A stretch of DNA of 64,000 bases from Candidatus Nealsonbacteria bacterium RIFOXYB1_FULL_40_15 (GCA_001821555.1 MHMM01000010.1:19629-83628), one strand, 5' to 3'; positions 30,463-40,653 are shown, numbered from the stretch's first letter. The notes: a model not told the origin generated them from the letters alone. Numbers and translations: made by a program.

Positions 30463-31628
30463 ATCTTTTTATGAAAATCTTCCATTTTGCTTAAAGCTTC
30501 TTCTATCTCCTTTTTTTCTGTACTTGCATAGCAGAACCTTGCATATCCTTCCCCGAAACTGCCGAAACAATTTCCCGAAACAGCTGCTATGCCTGAATTC
30601 TCCAACAGTTCTTCACAATATCTGGCCGAATCCATCCCCGTTCCCTTTATATTGCAAAAAGCGTAGAAAGCTCCTTCGGGCATTACGCACGAAAGGCCTT
30701 TTATCCTGTTCAGTCCTCCTATCAGAAGATTTCTTCTTTCATTTAATTCCTGAATTCTTTTTCCTAAAAAACTGTGATCTCCTTCAAGGGCCGCCTTGCC
30801 TCCCAACTGGGTAAAGGCAGGCAAGCAGGACATTATGGTTTCCAGAAGAAGGCCCATCTTTCTTATAAATGATTCTGGACCTATGGCGAACCCCAGCCTC
30901 CAGCCGGACATAGAATAAATCTTTGAAAGACTTCCCAAGACGATGGTTCTTTCTTTGCATTTGTCCCTCAAACTCGGAGAAAAATGATTTTTCCCTCCAT
31001 AAATTATTTTTGAATAAACTTCATCCGAGAGAAGATAGACATCCGAATGCTCTGCAATTTCGGCCGTTTTAAAAACTTCTTCTTCTGTCATAACAGAGCC
31101 CGTCGGATTCTGGGGCGTATTCATGATTATGAGGCGGGTCTTGTCTGTAATCTTTTCTACTATATCATCAGGATTCATCCTAAAGCTGTTTTCTTCTTTC
31201 AGCCGGACAGGGACAGGAACAAACCCATTGTATTTTATAACCGAGTAATAAGTGGGGAAGCCCGGGCCGGGAAGAATTATCTCCTCTCCCGGATCTGCTG
31301 CGCATCTTGCAGTAAAGTCAATCAAAGCATTGGCCGGGCAGATCAAAACCTGATTCAGGTCCGGCTTGAAGCCCAGGTCTCTTTCTGCATAATTTGCCAC
31401 TGCCTCTCTTAATTCTCTTAACCCCATTGAATTTGTATAATGGGTGAGCTTTTGATCCAGGGCTTTTTTTGCCGCCTCAAGAACATGATCCGGAGAATCA
31501 AAATTAGGATCCCCGAGTTCAAAATGAATAACCTTTTTCCCCTCCCTTTCCATATCTTGGGCTCTGGATAAAAGTCCAAACATGGGCTGGCCTAAAAGAT
31601 TTTCTGCTATTTTTGATAAATGTTTCAT
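30459..31628 (-). CDS. PLP-dependent aminotransferase class I/II
   Basis: NTPQNPTG, SDEVY, SLSKIYSMSGWRLG; start at MKHLSK. Confidence 0.9.
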   Translation of the reverse strand: MKHLSKIAENLLGQPMFGLLSRAQDMEREGKKVIHFELGDPNFDSPDHVLEAAKKALDQKLTHYTNSMGLRELREAVANYAERDLGFKPDLNQVLICPANALIDFTARCAADPGEEIILPGPGFPTYYSVIKYNGFVPVPVRLKEENSFRMNPDDIVEKITDKTRLIIMNTPQNPTGSVMTEEEVFKTAEIAEHSDVYLLSDEVYSKIIYGGKNHFSPSLRDKCKERTIVLGSLSKIYSMSGWRLGFAIGPESFIRKMGLLLETIMSCLPAFTQLGGKAALEGDHSFLGKRIQELNERRNLLIGGLNRIKGLSCVMPEGAFYAFCNIKGTGMDSARYCEELLENSGIAAVSGNCFGSFGEGYARFCYASTEKKEIEEALSKMEDFHKKI

Positions 31629-31632
31629 ATGT

Positions 31633-32547
31633 TTATTTCCATCTTCCCTTAGGGCCTTGGGAGACAGTAAGAATATGCTTATTTTCAAACGCCTGCACTG
31701 GCTGGAGTCTTTTTTTCAACAAAGCTCCTCTGTCTTCCCTGTCGTCAATACAATGAATAAGCTCCGGAGGGATATCTTTTGCATCTTCTTTTTTAACTAC
31801 CCATAAGCTTTCCAGGAGGGGCCTGTCAACAGGAATTCCATATTCCATAAACAAACGTGGCCTCTTTTTTTCCTCGTTTCTCTCCAAAAAGAGGATTATC
31901 TTGATTAAAAAAACTTTAAGGCGGGGAAACATGGCAAGTACTTTGCTTGCAAAACTTGGCTTATTTTTCCAATAAGATTTAGAAGGATGGAATTCTTCAG
32001 CTTTGACATCTTTTGAAAGAACGACCCTGCCTCCTATTTCATAAACCCTCATAACAATGTCAGCATCCCAGAATAAAGCCACAAATCGCTTGTCTATTCC
32101 GCCGATTCTTTCCCAGACTTCTTTTTTCATAAATCCGCTTAGAGCCATTAGAGGAGAGTTATGGTTATCAACCCAATAATAGCCACACTCCCCTGCAATA
32201 TCCTTTCCTTCCAGAACATATCGGCAAGAAAGAACCGCTTTGTCGTCATTCAGTTCCCTGAATTCTCTGTAAAGATTATCCAAAGCGTGCGGAGAAAAGA
32301 CAACATCATCCGCAAAATTCATTATGTATTCGCCCTGGGCATAGCGGGCCCCTATTTCAAGGCATTGGACGGGCTTTGTTTCAGAATATATGAAATGGCA
32401 GTTTTCAGGAAGCTTAAACTGGGGTATTTTATTTCCCACAAAGATCATCTCAAAAGGAATCTTATTTCCAGCCAAAGATTCATATGTCTTCATCCAAAGC
32501 TCGGGTCTCACCGCAGAGCTAAATAAACTTATAATTGGTTTTTCCAT
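31633..32547 (-). CDS. Divergent GT-A (GT2-like) glycosyltransferase, paralog B
   Basis: ISLFSSAVRP, FADDVVFSPHALD, C-terminal TVSQGPKGRW. Confidence 0.65.
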   Translation of the reverse strand: MEKPIISLFSSAVRPELWMKTYESLAGNKIPFEMIFVGNKIPQFKLPENCHFIYSETKPVQCLEIGARYAQGEYIMNFADDVVFSPHALDNLYREFRELNDDKAVLSCRYVLEGKDIAGECGYYWVDNHNSPLMALSGFMKKEVWERIGGIDKRFVALFWDADIVMRVYEIGGRVVLSKDVKAEEFHPSKSYWKNKPSFASKVLAMFPRLKVFLIKIILFLERNEEKKRPRLFMEYGIPVDRPLLESLWVVKKEDAKDIPPELIHCIDDREDRGALLKKRLQPVQAFENKHILTVSQGPKGRWK

Positions 32548-32549
32548 AA

Positions 32550-33332
32550 TTAAAAGCTGCTGCTTTCCCCGCCGTCTGCAGGTATACAAGCGCCGTTCAC
32601 AAGGCTTGCTTCTTTAGACACAAGAAAAGCTACTATGCTGGCTACTTCTTCTGGATTTCCCATTCGGCCTAAAGGGAAATCTCTGTCTAGGGCTTTCTTA
32701 AATTCGTCAGGATTTTCTTTCTGCTCCTTTTCCCATCCTGTGCCCAGAATCATTATTGCTCCTGGAGCTACGCTGTTGAAGGTAATTCCGTCTCTGGCTA
32801 AATCATGGTTCATAGCCAATGTTTTCATCATGCTTATTTCCGCCGCCTTGGCCATATTAAACCAAGGCCTCCCTCCTCCTTCCCGCCCCAATTTTGAGGC
32901 TATTGTTATTACTCTTCCCCATTTTTGGCTTCTCATAAAAGGAATCGCTTTAACCGTAAATCTAATAGCCGCTAAAGCGTTTTTTTCGTAAACATCAGTC
33001 CAGACCTGCTCGTCCGTTTCTTCTACTACCGAGCTTCCCCAACGCCCCCCTCCTCCTACATTATTTACAAGAATATGGATTGTTTTCCATTTCTCAATTA
33101 CTTTTTGAAAAGCATTTTCTATATCATTTTTTTTAAGCGCATCGGCCTCCAACCCCAAAGACTCTACTCCTCTTTTTTTTATTTCTTCTTCTGCTTCTTT
33201 GGCTCTTTCAGGATCAATGTCGCACACAGCCACGTTGCATCCTTCTTCTGCGAGTTTCTTTGCTATAGCAAGGCCGATACCGTGGCCCCCTCCTGTAACT
33301 AAGGCATATTTTCCCTTTATTTCCAAATTCAT
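32550..33332 (-). CDS. Short-chain dehydrogenase/reductase
   Basis: TGGGHGIG, NNVGG, NSVAPG, PLGRMG; catalytic YxxxK appears as FNMAK. Confidence 0.88.
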   Translation of the reverse strand: MNLEIKGKYALVTGGGHGIGLAIAKKLAEEGCNVAVCDIDPERAKEAEEEIKKRGVESLGLEADALKKNDIENAFQKVIEKWKTIHILVNNVGGGGRWGSSVVEETDEQVWTDVYEKNALAAIRFTVKAIPFMRSQKWGRVITIASKLGREGGGRPWFNMAKAAEISMMKTLAMNHDLARDGITFNSVAPGAIMILGTGWEKEQKENPDEFKKALDRDFPLGRMGNPEEVASIVAFLVSKEASLVNGACIPADGGESSSF

Positions 33333-34276
33333 ATTTTTTTGGGTTGCCAGATTATTAATGTAAATCCTTCCATAAAAAGACTGCCGAAAAACAGTCTTTT
33401 TATCTTAAGTATTTCTATTTTTCCCTCTTTTTCAAGTTCTTTCAGCCGCGGAAGAAGGCCTTCCGTATACCCTCTTTTTCTGTGAAATCTCGCCGCCAGA
33501 TAATCAAAAAGAATATTCTCATCGTATTCTTCAACTATAGGCTCTGAATGAATACATAAAGAAAAAGGATTCTTAAAAAGATACTGCAGGAATGGCTCAA
33601 AATCGCTGGCAAGCTGTTCCATTGTTCCTGCGGTGAATACAGCAGAACCCGGCTTTATCTTGTAGCTTTCATCCGGATGGCGCATATCAAAGAGCATTCC
33701 TTCTATTTTAAGATTAAATTTCTTGGCTATTTGGTTAATAAGCTCGGGGGAAGAAGGAACAAAATCCGACCCGTAAATGTTTTTTTCTGGATACATCTTT
33801 GCCAGAGGAACTAAATTAAACCCGGATCCTGCTCCAAATTCATAAATATCATTAAAATCCTTAAAATATTTCGTAAAAAGCCAGCATCTGAAAACACTGA
33901 AATAATCGTGCTCAAAATTTGAATTAGAGGGCATTATATACTCCCCCATAAATCTTATCGGCTGATTCGGCCTGATAAATTTGGGAATAAGCTTTCCGAT
34001 CTCTCCTCCGCTTTTTAAAAACTCTTGGAGGTTTTCATTCCACCCCTTCTCCCATTGGTCTGTCCTCTCGGGAGCTCCTATCACCTGCCTATCTGTTTCC
34101 AATTTTTTCAAAACACTCAAAAAAACATCGTCCCTTTCTTTTCCCTTTATTATTCTGTATTTAAAATCGCTCTGCTTGATTATCTCCCTGCATTCCTGGC
34201 CTATATCCTCTACGGTCGTTCCAAATGATTCTGCAAAATCTTCCACGGAAACCTCTCTGTCAAAATTATTTTCCAT
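33329..34276 (-). CDS. Class I SAM-dependent methyltransferase-like protein, paralog B
   Basis: IYEFGAGSGFN motif I; WEKGWNENL; FHRKRGY. Confidence 0.7.
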   Translation of the reverse strand: MENNFDREVSVEDFAESFGTTVEDIGQECREIIKQSDFKYRIIKGKERDDVFLSVLKKLETDRQVIGAPERTDQWEKGWNENLQEFLKSGGEIGKLIPKFIRPNQPIRFMGEYIMPSNSNFEHDYFSVFRCWLFTKYFKDFNDIYEFGAGSGFNLVPLAKMYPEKNIYGSDFVPSSPELINQIAKKFNLKIEGMLFDMRHPDESYKIKPGSAVFTAGTMEQLASDFEPFLQYLFKNPFSLCIHSEPIVEEYDENILFDYLAARFHRKRGYTEGLLPRLKELEKEGKIEILKIKRLFFGSLFMEGFTLIIWQPKKI

Positions 34277-34280
34277 ATTT

Positions 34281-35207
34281 TTATATGATATTTTTAATTT
34301 GTTTTATTATGCTTTCTGCGTCCAGGCCTTCTTCTTTACACATATATCTTTTGTCGCCGTAGCAGAAACATTCTTTGTCTTTGATTCCAAACCTTTTAAA
34401 TTTTGCAGTGATCCCATAATCGCACAATAAGTCGCAAATAGAAGTTCCGACTCCTCCGTAAGACAAGTGATCCTCTATAGCTACTACTATTCTGGCTTTC
34501 TTGAGAATTTCTGATAACAAGGCTTCGTTAAGCGGCTTAATCCTGTACAGATCAATCAGTCCTGCGTTGATTTTATCCGCTACTTCCAAAGCAGTATGCG
34601 TCATGGATCCTGAAGAGATAATTATTGTGTCTTCTCCCTCTCTTAACAGGGAAAATCCTGCGTCAAAATTTTCTTTTTCGTACAAAAAAGGAGAAACTCC
34701 TTTGTCAAAACGCAAGTAAGAAGGTCCTGAAATCCTGCAGCATAAATCTACAAATGAAGACGCCTGAACAGGATCTGAAGCAGATAAAATAGTCATGCCG
34801 GGAATTCCTTTCATTATGGAAATATCCTGGATTGAATGATGAGTAGGGCCGTCTGATTCGTAAGAATACCCTCCTCCTATTCCGATTATTGAAACAGGAA
34901 GATTCATTATTCCTATGTCAATTTTTATCTGCTCGTAGCATCTTGCCGTAATAAAGCATGCTATGGCATGAACAAACACTTTTTTCCCGCCCAAAGCAAG
35001 ACCGGAGGCTACGCTTATCAAATTTTGCTCTGCAGGCCCCGCGTTTATTATCTGATCGGGTATGTTTTCCTTAAACTTCTCAAAGCTTTTGGCGCCCTGA
35101 TCCCCCAAAAGCAGGATTATATTCTTGTCTTTCAGGGCAACAGAATAAAGACTGTCAAAAACAGCATCTCTCATGTCCTGCTCTTTAATTGCAGTTTTAT
35201 TTTCCAT
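34281..35207 (-). CDS. Transketolase C-terminal subunit
   Basis: MRDAVF, NAGPAEQN, DGPTHH, EDH...GG. Confidence 0.9.
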   Translation of the reverse strand: MENKTAIKEQDMRDAVFDSLYSVALKDKNIILLLGDQGAKSFEKFKENIPDQIINAGPAEQNLISVASGLALGGKKVFVHAIACFITARCYEQIKIDIGIMNLPVSIIGIGGGYSYESDGPTHHSIQDISIMKGIPGMTILSASDPVQASSFVDLCCRISGPSYLRFDKGVSPFLYEKENFDAGFSLLREGEDTIIISSGSMTHTALEVADKINAGLIDLYRIKPLNEALLSEILKKARIVVAIEDHLSYGGVGTSICDLLCDYGITAKFKRFGIKDKECFCYGDKRYMCKEEGLDAESIIKQIKNII

Positions 35208-36009
35208 ATTCTAATTCAATCCTGGCTTTTTCCAAAAGCTCTCCTTTTGGAACGCCATGATGCCAATGAAAATCATTTTCCATAAAAGAAACTCCCTTGC
35301 CTTTTATCGTATTTGCAACAATGGCCAGGGGCCTTCCGCTATTTCTAGAATGAATATCCGATAAAACCGAAAATATTTCGTTAAAGTTATGCCCTGATAT
35401 TTCTCTTGTATCCCATCCAAAGCCTTCCCATTTTTCTTTCAAGGGAGATATTCCTGAATATTCTTGGGTTGGACAAGTGGCCCCCACTTTGTTGTTGTCT
35501 ATTATGGCTACAAGGTTATCAAGATTTCTGGCTGAAGCGAAGTTTGCCGCCTCCCAAACAGATCCTTCGCAACATTCTCCGTCTCCCAGCAGAACAAGGA
35601 CGGAAAAAGGCTTTTTATCAAGCTTTGCTGAAAGAGCAAGGCCCGATCCTATGCCTAAACCGTGTCCCAAAGATCCTGACGAAACCTCTACTCCCGGAAT
35701 GCGGTGGTCCGGATGCCCTCCCAGTATAGAGCCGTTTCTGCCATAATTTTTAAGCTTTTCCGGGCTGAAGAATCCCAGATCGGAAAGCACCGAATATAGG
35801 GTAAGGCAGGCATGCCCTTTGCTTAAAATAAACCTGTCCCTTCCTTCCATATCGGGATTTTCAGGAGAAAAATTCATTATTTTTCCGTAATACAATGCTG
35901 TTATAATCTCAACGCAGGAAAAAGCTCCCCCCAAATGGGCCTTTCCGGCTAAAACCGCCGTTTCCAAAATTTGCCTGCGGATCCAATTTGATTTTTCCTT
36001 TAAGTCCAT
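35197..36009 (-). CDS. Transketolase N-terminal (ThDP-binding) subunit
   Basis: AHLGG, DRFILSKGH, GHP, GSLGHG, GDGECCEGSVWE...DNN. Confidence 0.92.
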   Translation of the reverse strand: MDLKEKSNWIRRQILETAVLAGKAHLGGAFSCVEIITALYYGKIMNFSPENPDMEGRDRFILSKGHACLTLYSVLSDLGFFSPEKLKNYGRNGSILGGHPDHRIPGVEVSSGSLGHGLGIGSGLALSAKLDKKPFSVLVLLGDGECCEGSVWEAANFASARNLDNLVAIIDNNKVGATCPTQEYSGISPLKEKWEGFGWDTREISGHNFNEIFSVLSDIHSRNSGRPLAIVANTIKGKGVSFMENDFHWHHGVPKGELLEKARIELEYGK

Positions 36010-36869
36010 TTTCCTTTGGGCCCCTGCGAGACCGTTAAAAAATGCTCTTCTTTAAATGGTTCTACAGTATGCAATCTTTTTTTTGAAAGTTTCCCCCTCC
36101 CTTCCTTTTCGCAGTAAAATTCACTCAAGGATTCTCCCACCCAGAAGCTGTCTAAAAGTGGCCTATCCAAGCTCACTCCGTATTGCGAAAAAAGGCGGGC
36201 AGGTGGAACTTTCGGCTTTGAAATTTTATGATAGCCCCAGGCCACAACCTTATATATCAAGGGATTTTTCAGTATAGGAAACTTTCTTTTTAAAACCTCC
36301 CTGCCCGTTAACTCCTCTACATAAGCATCCTTGGCAAAGACCAACCTGCCCCCTATTTCATACATCCTCATAGCTATATCAAGATCCCAATACAGAGCAA
36401 TAAATCTTTTGTCTATTCCGCCTATTTTTTCCCAAACTCTTTTTTTCATTAAACTTCCTGCTGGCATTCTAGGAGAGCTTTTTTCATCAGTCCAATAATA
36501 GCCATGCTTGTCGGTAAGATCCTCCCCCTCAAAAACAAACCTGCAGGAAACCATAGCTTTCTCGTCATTCATCTTTATAAATTCTTCGTATAGCTTGTCC
36601 AGGGCATGGGGAGAAAAAACGCAATCGTCTCCAAAGTGCATTATCAAATCTCCCGTTGAATAACGGGCTCCTATCTCAAAACATTGGGCTGGCTTTGTTT
36701 TAGAGTATATAAAATGGCAGTTTTCGGGCATTTCAAATTCCGGAGGATTATTCCCCACAAAAATCATTTCAAAGGGAATTTCATTTGAAGACAAAGAATT
36801 ATAAATCCTCATCCACAATTCAGGACGAATGGTTGAACCGAACAAGCTTATAATAGGACTTCTAGCCAT
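36000..36869 (-). CDS. Divergent GT-A (GT2-like) glycosyltransferase, paralog A
   Basis: ISLFGSTIRP, FGDDCVFSPHALD, C-terminal TVSQGPKGKW; start at MARSP. Confidence 0.65.
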   Translation of the reverse strand: MARSPIISLFGSTIRPELWMRIYNSLSSNEIPFEMIFVGNNPPEFEMPENCHFIYSKTKPAQCFEIGARYSTGDLIMHFGDDCVFSPHALDKLYEEFIKMNDEKAMVSCRFVFEGEDLTDKHGYYWTDEKSSPRMPAGSLMKKRVWEKIGGIDKRFIALYWDLDIAMRMYEIGGRLVFAKDAYVEELTGREVLKRKFPILKNPLIYKVVAWGYHKISKPKVPPARLFSQYGVSLDRPLLDSFWVGESLSEFYCEKEGRGKLSKKRLHTVEPFKEEHFLTVSQGPKGKWT

Positions 36870-37788
36870 TTTTGGTTGGTTCCCAGGCACAGAAGCAATA
36901 GCCGTCATGAAAAAGATTGCCCAAGCCCGTCTTTTTTATTTTTATTATATTTATTTTTCCTTTTGACTCCAGGTCTTTTAAAGCGGAAATAAAATTTCCC
37001 AGATATCCTCTCTTTTTATGAAATTCCAATCCTAAATAATCCACCAGAGAATTTTGATCATACAGCTCTTTAAGAGGCTCCATATGGACGCATACTTTGA
37101 AATTTTTTCTGCAAAGATATTCAAGAAAAGGCATGAAATTTTCGCCTAATTGTTCAAACCCTCCCATTGTCAAACAAGCTCCGCCTTCTTTTATTTCAAG
37201 CCCTTCGTCCGGAGAAAACATATCAAACACATGGCCTTTCATATTCCAATTATAATTTTCCGCCATTTTATCCACTATTATTTTAGAAGATTCCGACCAG
37301 TCCAATCCGTGAAGCTCTTTGTCTGGAAAAAGCTCTGCTAAAATAGGAAGGTTGTATCCCGATCCTGATCCAAATTCATAAATAGCTGAAGCGTCTTTGA
37401 AGTAATTCTCAAAAAGCCAGGTTCTGAAAACAAGATACCAATTGACTTCAAAGTCAGAATCTAGGGGCATAACATAGTCCCCCGAAAATCTTATTGATTG
37501 ATCTTGTTTTATATATTTTGGAACGAGCATTTTTAAATCGCATCCTTTGCCAACAAAATCTTTCAAATTTTCCGACCATCCCTTTTCCCAAGAGTCTTTT
37601 CTTTCTTTCCCTGAAAAAGAAAGATTTTTAGAGTTTAGTCTTTCTATCACCTTTAAAATCACTGCGTCCCGCTCTTTCTCGTCCAGCTTTCTATACCTGA
37701 AATCAAACTTTTCTATAAGTTTCCGGCAGTTTTCCGAAACCTCCCCCAAAATAGAGGAAAAATCCAAATTGTAAACAGTATTGTTCAT
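36862..37788 (-). CDS. Class I SAM-dependent methyltransferase-like protein, paralog A
   Basis: IYEFGSGSGYN, WEKGWSENL, FHKKRGY. Confidence 0.7.
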   Translation of the reverse strand: MNNTVYNLDFSSILGEVSENCRKLIEKFDFRYRKLDEKERDAVILKVIERLNSKNLSFSGKERKDSWEKGWSENLKDFVGKGCDLKMLVPKYIKQDQSIRFSGDYVMPLDSDFEVNWYLVFRTWLFENYFKDASAIYEFGSGSGYNLPILAELFPDKELHGLDWSESSKIIVDKMAENYNWNMKGHVFDMFSPDEGLEIKEGGACLTMGGFEQLGENFMPFLEYLCRKNFKVCVHMEPLKELYDQNSLVDYLGLEFHKKRGYLGNFISALKDLESKGKINIIKIKKTGLGNLFHDGYCFCAWEPTKNG

Positions 37789-38534
37789 TCCACTACAAAA
37801 TAAGAGGTTCTGGACGCATATCTGAATCTCTTAAGCTTTATATTATTCAATCCGAAAACTTCTTTTACCGCAGCTGTTTCTCCGGGCGAGTCATGGTCAT
37901 TCAGTTCATCAAACCCCAGCACGCTTCCTTTTATCAAATGCGGTTTTATCGCTTCAAGGCATTTTTTAGTCGGCTCATATATATCAAAATCAAAATAAGC
38001 GAGACTTATTATTGTTTCAGGATACTTTTTCAGATACTCGTCTATTGTCTGGACAGCGTCTCCTGGAACTACTTCAAACTTTTTAATATGAGAAAGGGGA
38101 TTGTCTTTTTCCTGAAATTCCATTACTTTCTCCAAATAAGCTGTGTAATTTTCGGGCAGTCCCAAGTTTCCCTGGAACATAAGATTTGAATTGCTGTCTT
38201 TTTCTGATATGGAGGGAAAACCCGTGAAAGTGTCAAATCCGACAATCTTTCTGTGGCGGTTGAATGGCTCATATATTCCCCTTAAGCTGGCAAACAAAGC
38301 CATATTCTGCCCCCACCAAGTTCCGAATTCAACAACAATACCCTGGGTGTCAATTATCTTTTTGTATATATGATCCATAAAAAGAATCCTTGCAAGATTT
38401 TTTGAATTTAAAAAAAGTCCTAAGTTAGAAAGTATTTGATCATCCGGAATCGGACAGCTTCTAAAATGCTCTGCGAACTGGCCTCTTGCTTTTGATTCTT
38501 CTTCGCTGTTGTAAAATTTTGGTATATTTTGCAT
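37785..38534 (-). CDS. TylF/MycF/NovP-like sugar O-methyltransferase
   Basis: VEFGTWWG, GFDTFTGF, YFDFDIYEPT, FDEL. Confidence 0.7.
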   Translation of the reverse strand: MQNIPKFYNSEEESKARGQFAEHFRSCPIPDDQILSNLGLFLNSKNLARILFMDHIYKKIIDTQGIVVEFGTWWGQNMALFASLRGIYEPFNRHRKIVGFDTFTGFPSISEKDSNSNLMFQGNLGLPENYTAYLEKVMEFQEKDNPLSHIKKFEVVPGDAVQTIDEYLKKYPETIISLAYFDFDIYEPTKKCLEAIKPHLIKGSVLGFDELNDHDSPGETAAVKEVFGLNNIKLKRFRYASRTSYFVVE

Positions 38535-38543
38535 ATTAATTTA

Positions 38544-39641
38544 TTAAAGTTTTTTTCTAATATATGCCGGAATCGGCTTTTGTCCATTATGCGCGATAAC
38601 CCAAGCCCAATAGCGTATCCTTCCCTCCACTAAAGAATACCCTCCCTTTCCGTCCGATATTAGTCTTACCGGCTTTATATCTTCTTCAGGATGTTCCGAA
38701 AAATACAGGGCTAGGTCAGAAGGGCTTGGAATAAAACCCAGTTTATTTTCCAGGGCCTCGCTTTTTGTCCTGTAAACCATCCTGTTGCTCTGGCCATCGG
38801 GGCTTACCTCTATCTTATCTACCGGCGCATAGGTTGGTTTTCTGCTATAAAGAGAGCTTATCGTTTCAAAATCTTCTTTTGAAATTTTAAATCCAGAAGC
38901 TCCGGCATTTTCTTCAATATGCTTTTCAGAAACTGTGGGAATGGCGATTACCGTAGGATGCATAGTTAGCCAGTTCAGGGCTATCTGGGCAGAAGTCCTA
39001 TCGTATTTTTCAGCTATTGCATTAAAAACCTTTGTTTTTTCTTCGTCATCGTCCGGTATAATTCTCCCCTGGTCCAAAGGGCTGCACGCTATTGTTATTA
39101 TCTTTTTTTCTTCGCAATAAGGAAGAATCTTGTCTTCAATAAAATGATCAAATAAATTGTATTCTGTCTGGAAAGAAGAAATTTCTCCGAGGATTTCTGC
39201 TTCTTTCAGCTGTCCAAGATAAAAGTTGCCCACCCCTATATATCTTATTTTCCCTTGCTCTTTTAGCATTTTAAGCCCCTCCATGGTTTCTTCCATATTT
39301 ACTTTAGGATTGTGCCAATGGAACTGATATATATCTATATAATCTGTTTGGAGTCTTTTCAGACTTCCTTCGGCAGCTTTTATAACATCTTTATATGAAC
39401 TATGATCTGAAGCAAATTTACTGCAGATAATAACCTTCTCCCTCAATCCCTTGATTGCTTTTCCGACAATTATCTCTGAATTCCCCTTATCGTAGCTTTC
39501 TGCCGTATCAATTAAATTCATGCCAAGGACTATCCCTTTTTTAAGCGTAGCAACATGGCTTTCATTCCAGGGATAATCTCCCATGCCCATTCCTACAGCC
39601 GGAAAATTTAGATTAAAATGGTCCCTTAAATTTGTTTTCAT
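38544..39641 (-). CDS. Aldo/keto reductase with C-terminal ParB/Srx-like extension
   Basis: IDTAESY, SLKRLQTDYIDIYQFHW, GKIRYIGVGN; tail with YSLVEGRIRYWA. Confidence 0.8.
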   Translation of the reverse strand: MKTNLRDHFNLNFPAVGMGMGDYPWNESHVATLKKGIVLGMNLIDTAESYDKGNSEIIVGKAIKGLREKVIICSKFASDHSSYKDVIKAAEGSLKRLQTDYIDIYQFHWHNPKVNMEETMEGLKMLKEQGKIRYIGVGNFYLGQLKEAEILGEISSFQTEYNLFDHFIEDKILPYCEEKKIITIACSPLDQGRIIPDDDEEKTKVFNAIAEKYDRTSAQIALNWLTMHPTVIAIPTVSEKHIEENAGASGFKISKEDFETISSLYSRKPTYAPVDKIEVSPDGQSNRMVYRTKSEALENKLGFIPSPSDLALYFSEHPEEDIKPVRLISDGKGGYSLVEGRIRYWAWVIAHNGQKPIPAYIRKKL

Positions 39642-40653
39642 AGCTGTAAAATTCTTCTTCAGAAAGATCAGCCGGGGAAAGGCCCAGCATTTCTTCGGCC
39701 GTTCTTATTATTTTTTCTGCGTTGGGATAAAACTCGTTTTCAAGATGTCTCGCCGTAGGACAATGAATGTGGGAAAATCCTATTCTTTTTACGGGAAACT
39801 TAAGCTTCCCAAAGCATTTTTCTGAAACCCTAGCAGCTACTTCAGAACCAAATCCGCAGTCAATCCAGTCATTGTCGGCTACAATGCATCTTCCGGTTTT
39901 TTCAACCGATCTAATAATCATTTCGTCGTTAAAAGGAGCTATGGTTCTAGGATCTATAATTTCCGCTTCTATGCCTCTTTTTTTAAGAACTTCTGCCGCT
40001 TTTAATGCTTCTACATTCATCCAAGAAACAGCGACTATGGTAAGATCTTTCCCCTCTCTCAATATATTAGGAAGGCCTATTGGTATTTCAAATAAATTTT
40101 CGGGCACCTCTTCTTCCTGATAGTAAAGCCATCTGTGTTCCATTACTATAACCGGATTATCGTCCCTTATGGCCGAAACAAGGAGGCCTTTGGCGTCTTT
40201 GGCCGTGGTAGGAAGAACAACTTTTAGCCCTGGAATATGAGCAAAAACAGAATACATGCTTTTTGAATGCTGGAATCCCTGCCCCCATCCTCTTCCTATA
40301 ACAGCCCTTATAGTGAGAGGGACTTTCATTTTCCCTGCAGATCCGTATCTCCAGCTTGAAATAATATTAGCCAACTGATTCATCGCCAGAAGCATAAAAT
40401 CAACCCTTTCATGAATGTGCACCGGCCTCAATCCGTTTAAAGAAGCGCCCAGTCCAAAGCCAGTCATTGCATCTTCTGAAATCGGGGTGTCAAAACATCT
40501 TTCCTCTCCGAACTTCTCCACCAGATTCTCGGTCGTTCCAAATATTCTTTTCACGTCAGGAACCCCGATTCCATAAACAAAAACACTCGGGTCTCTTTCC
40601 ATCTCCTGAATCAAAGCTTCGTTTATCGCTTGTTTATAGCTTATCTTTCTCAT
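39613..40653 (-). CDS. 2-oxoacid dehydrogenase E1 beta-like subunit
   Basis: FDTPISE, RPV, QHSK, DAKGLL...DDNPV, IDPRTIAP; start at MRKIS. Confidence 0.9.
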   Translation of the reverse strand: MRKISYKQAINEALIQEMERDPSVFVYGIGVPDVKRIFGTTENLVEKFGEERCFDTPISEDAMTGFGLGASLNGLRPVHIHERVDFMLLAMNQLANIISSWRYGSAGKMKVPLTIRAVIGRGWGQGFQHSKSMYSVFAHIPGLKVVLPTTAKDAKGLLVSAIRDDNPVIVMEHRWLYYQEEEVPENLFEIPIGLPNILREGKDLTIVAVSWMNVEALKAAEVLKKRGIEAEIIDPRTIAPFNDEMIIRSVEKTGRCIVADNDWIDCGFGSEVAARVSEKCFGKLKFPVKRIGFSHIHCPTARHLENEFYPNAEKIIRTAEEMLGLSPADLSEEEFYSYENKFKGPF

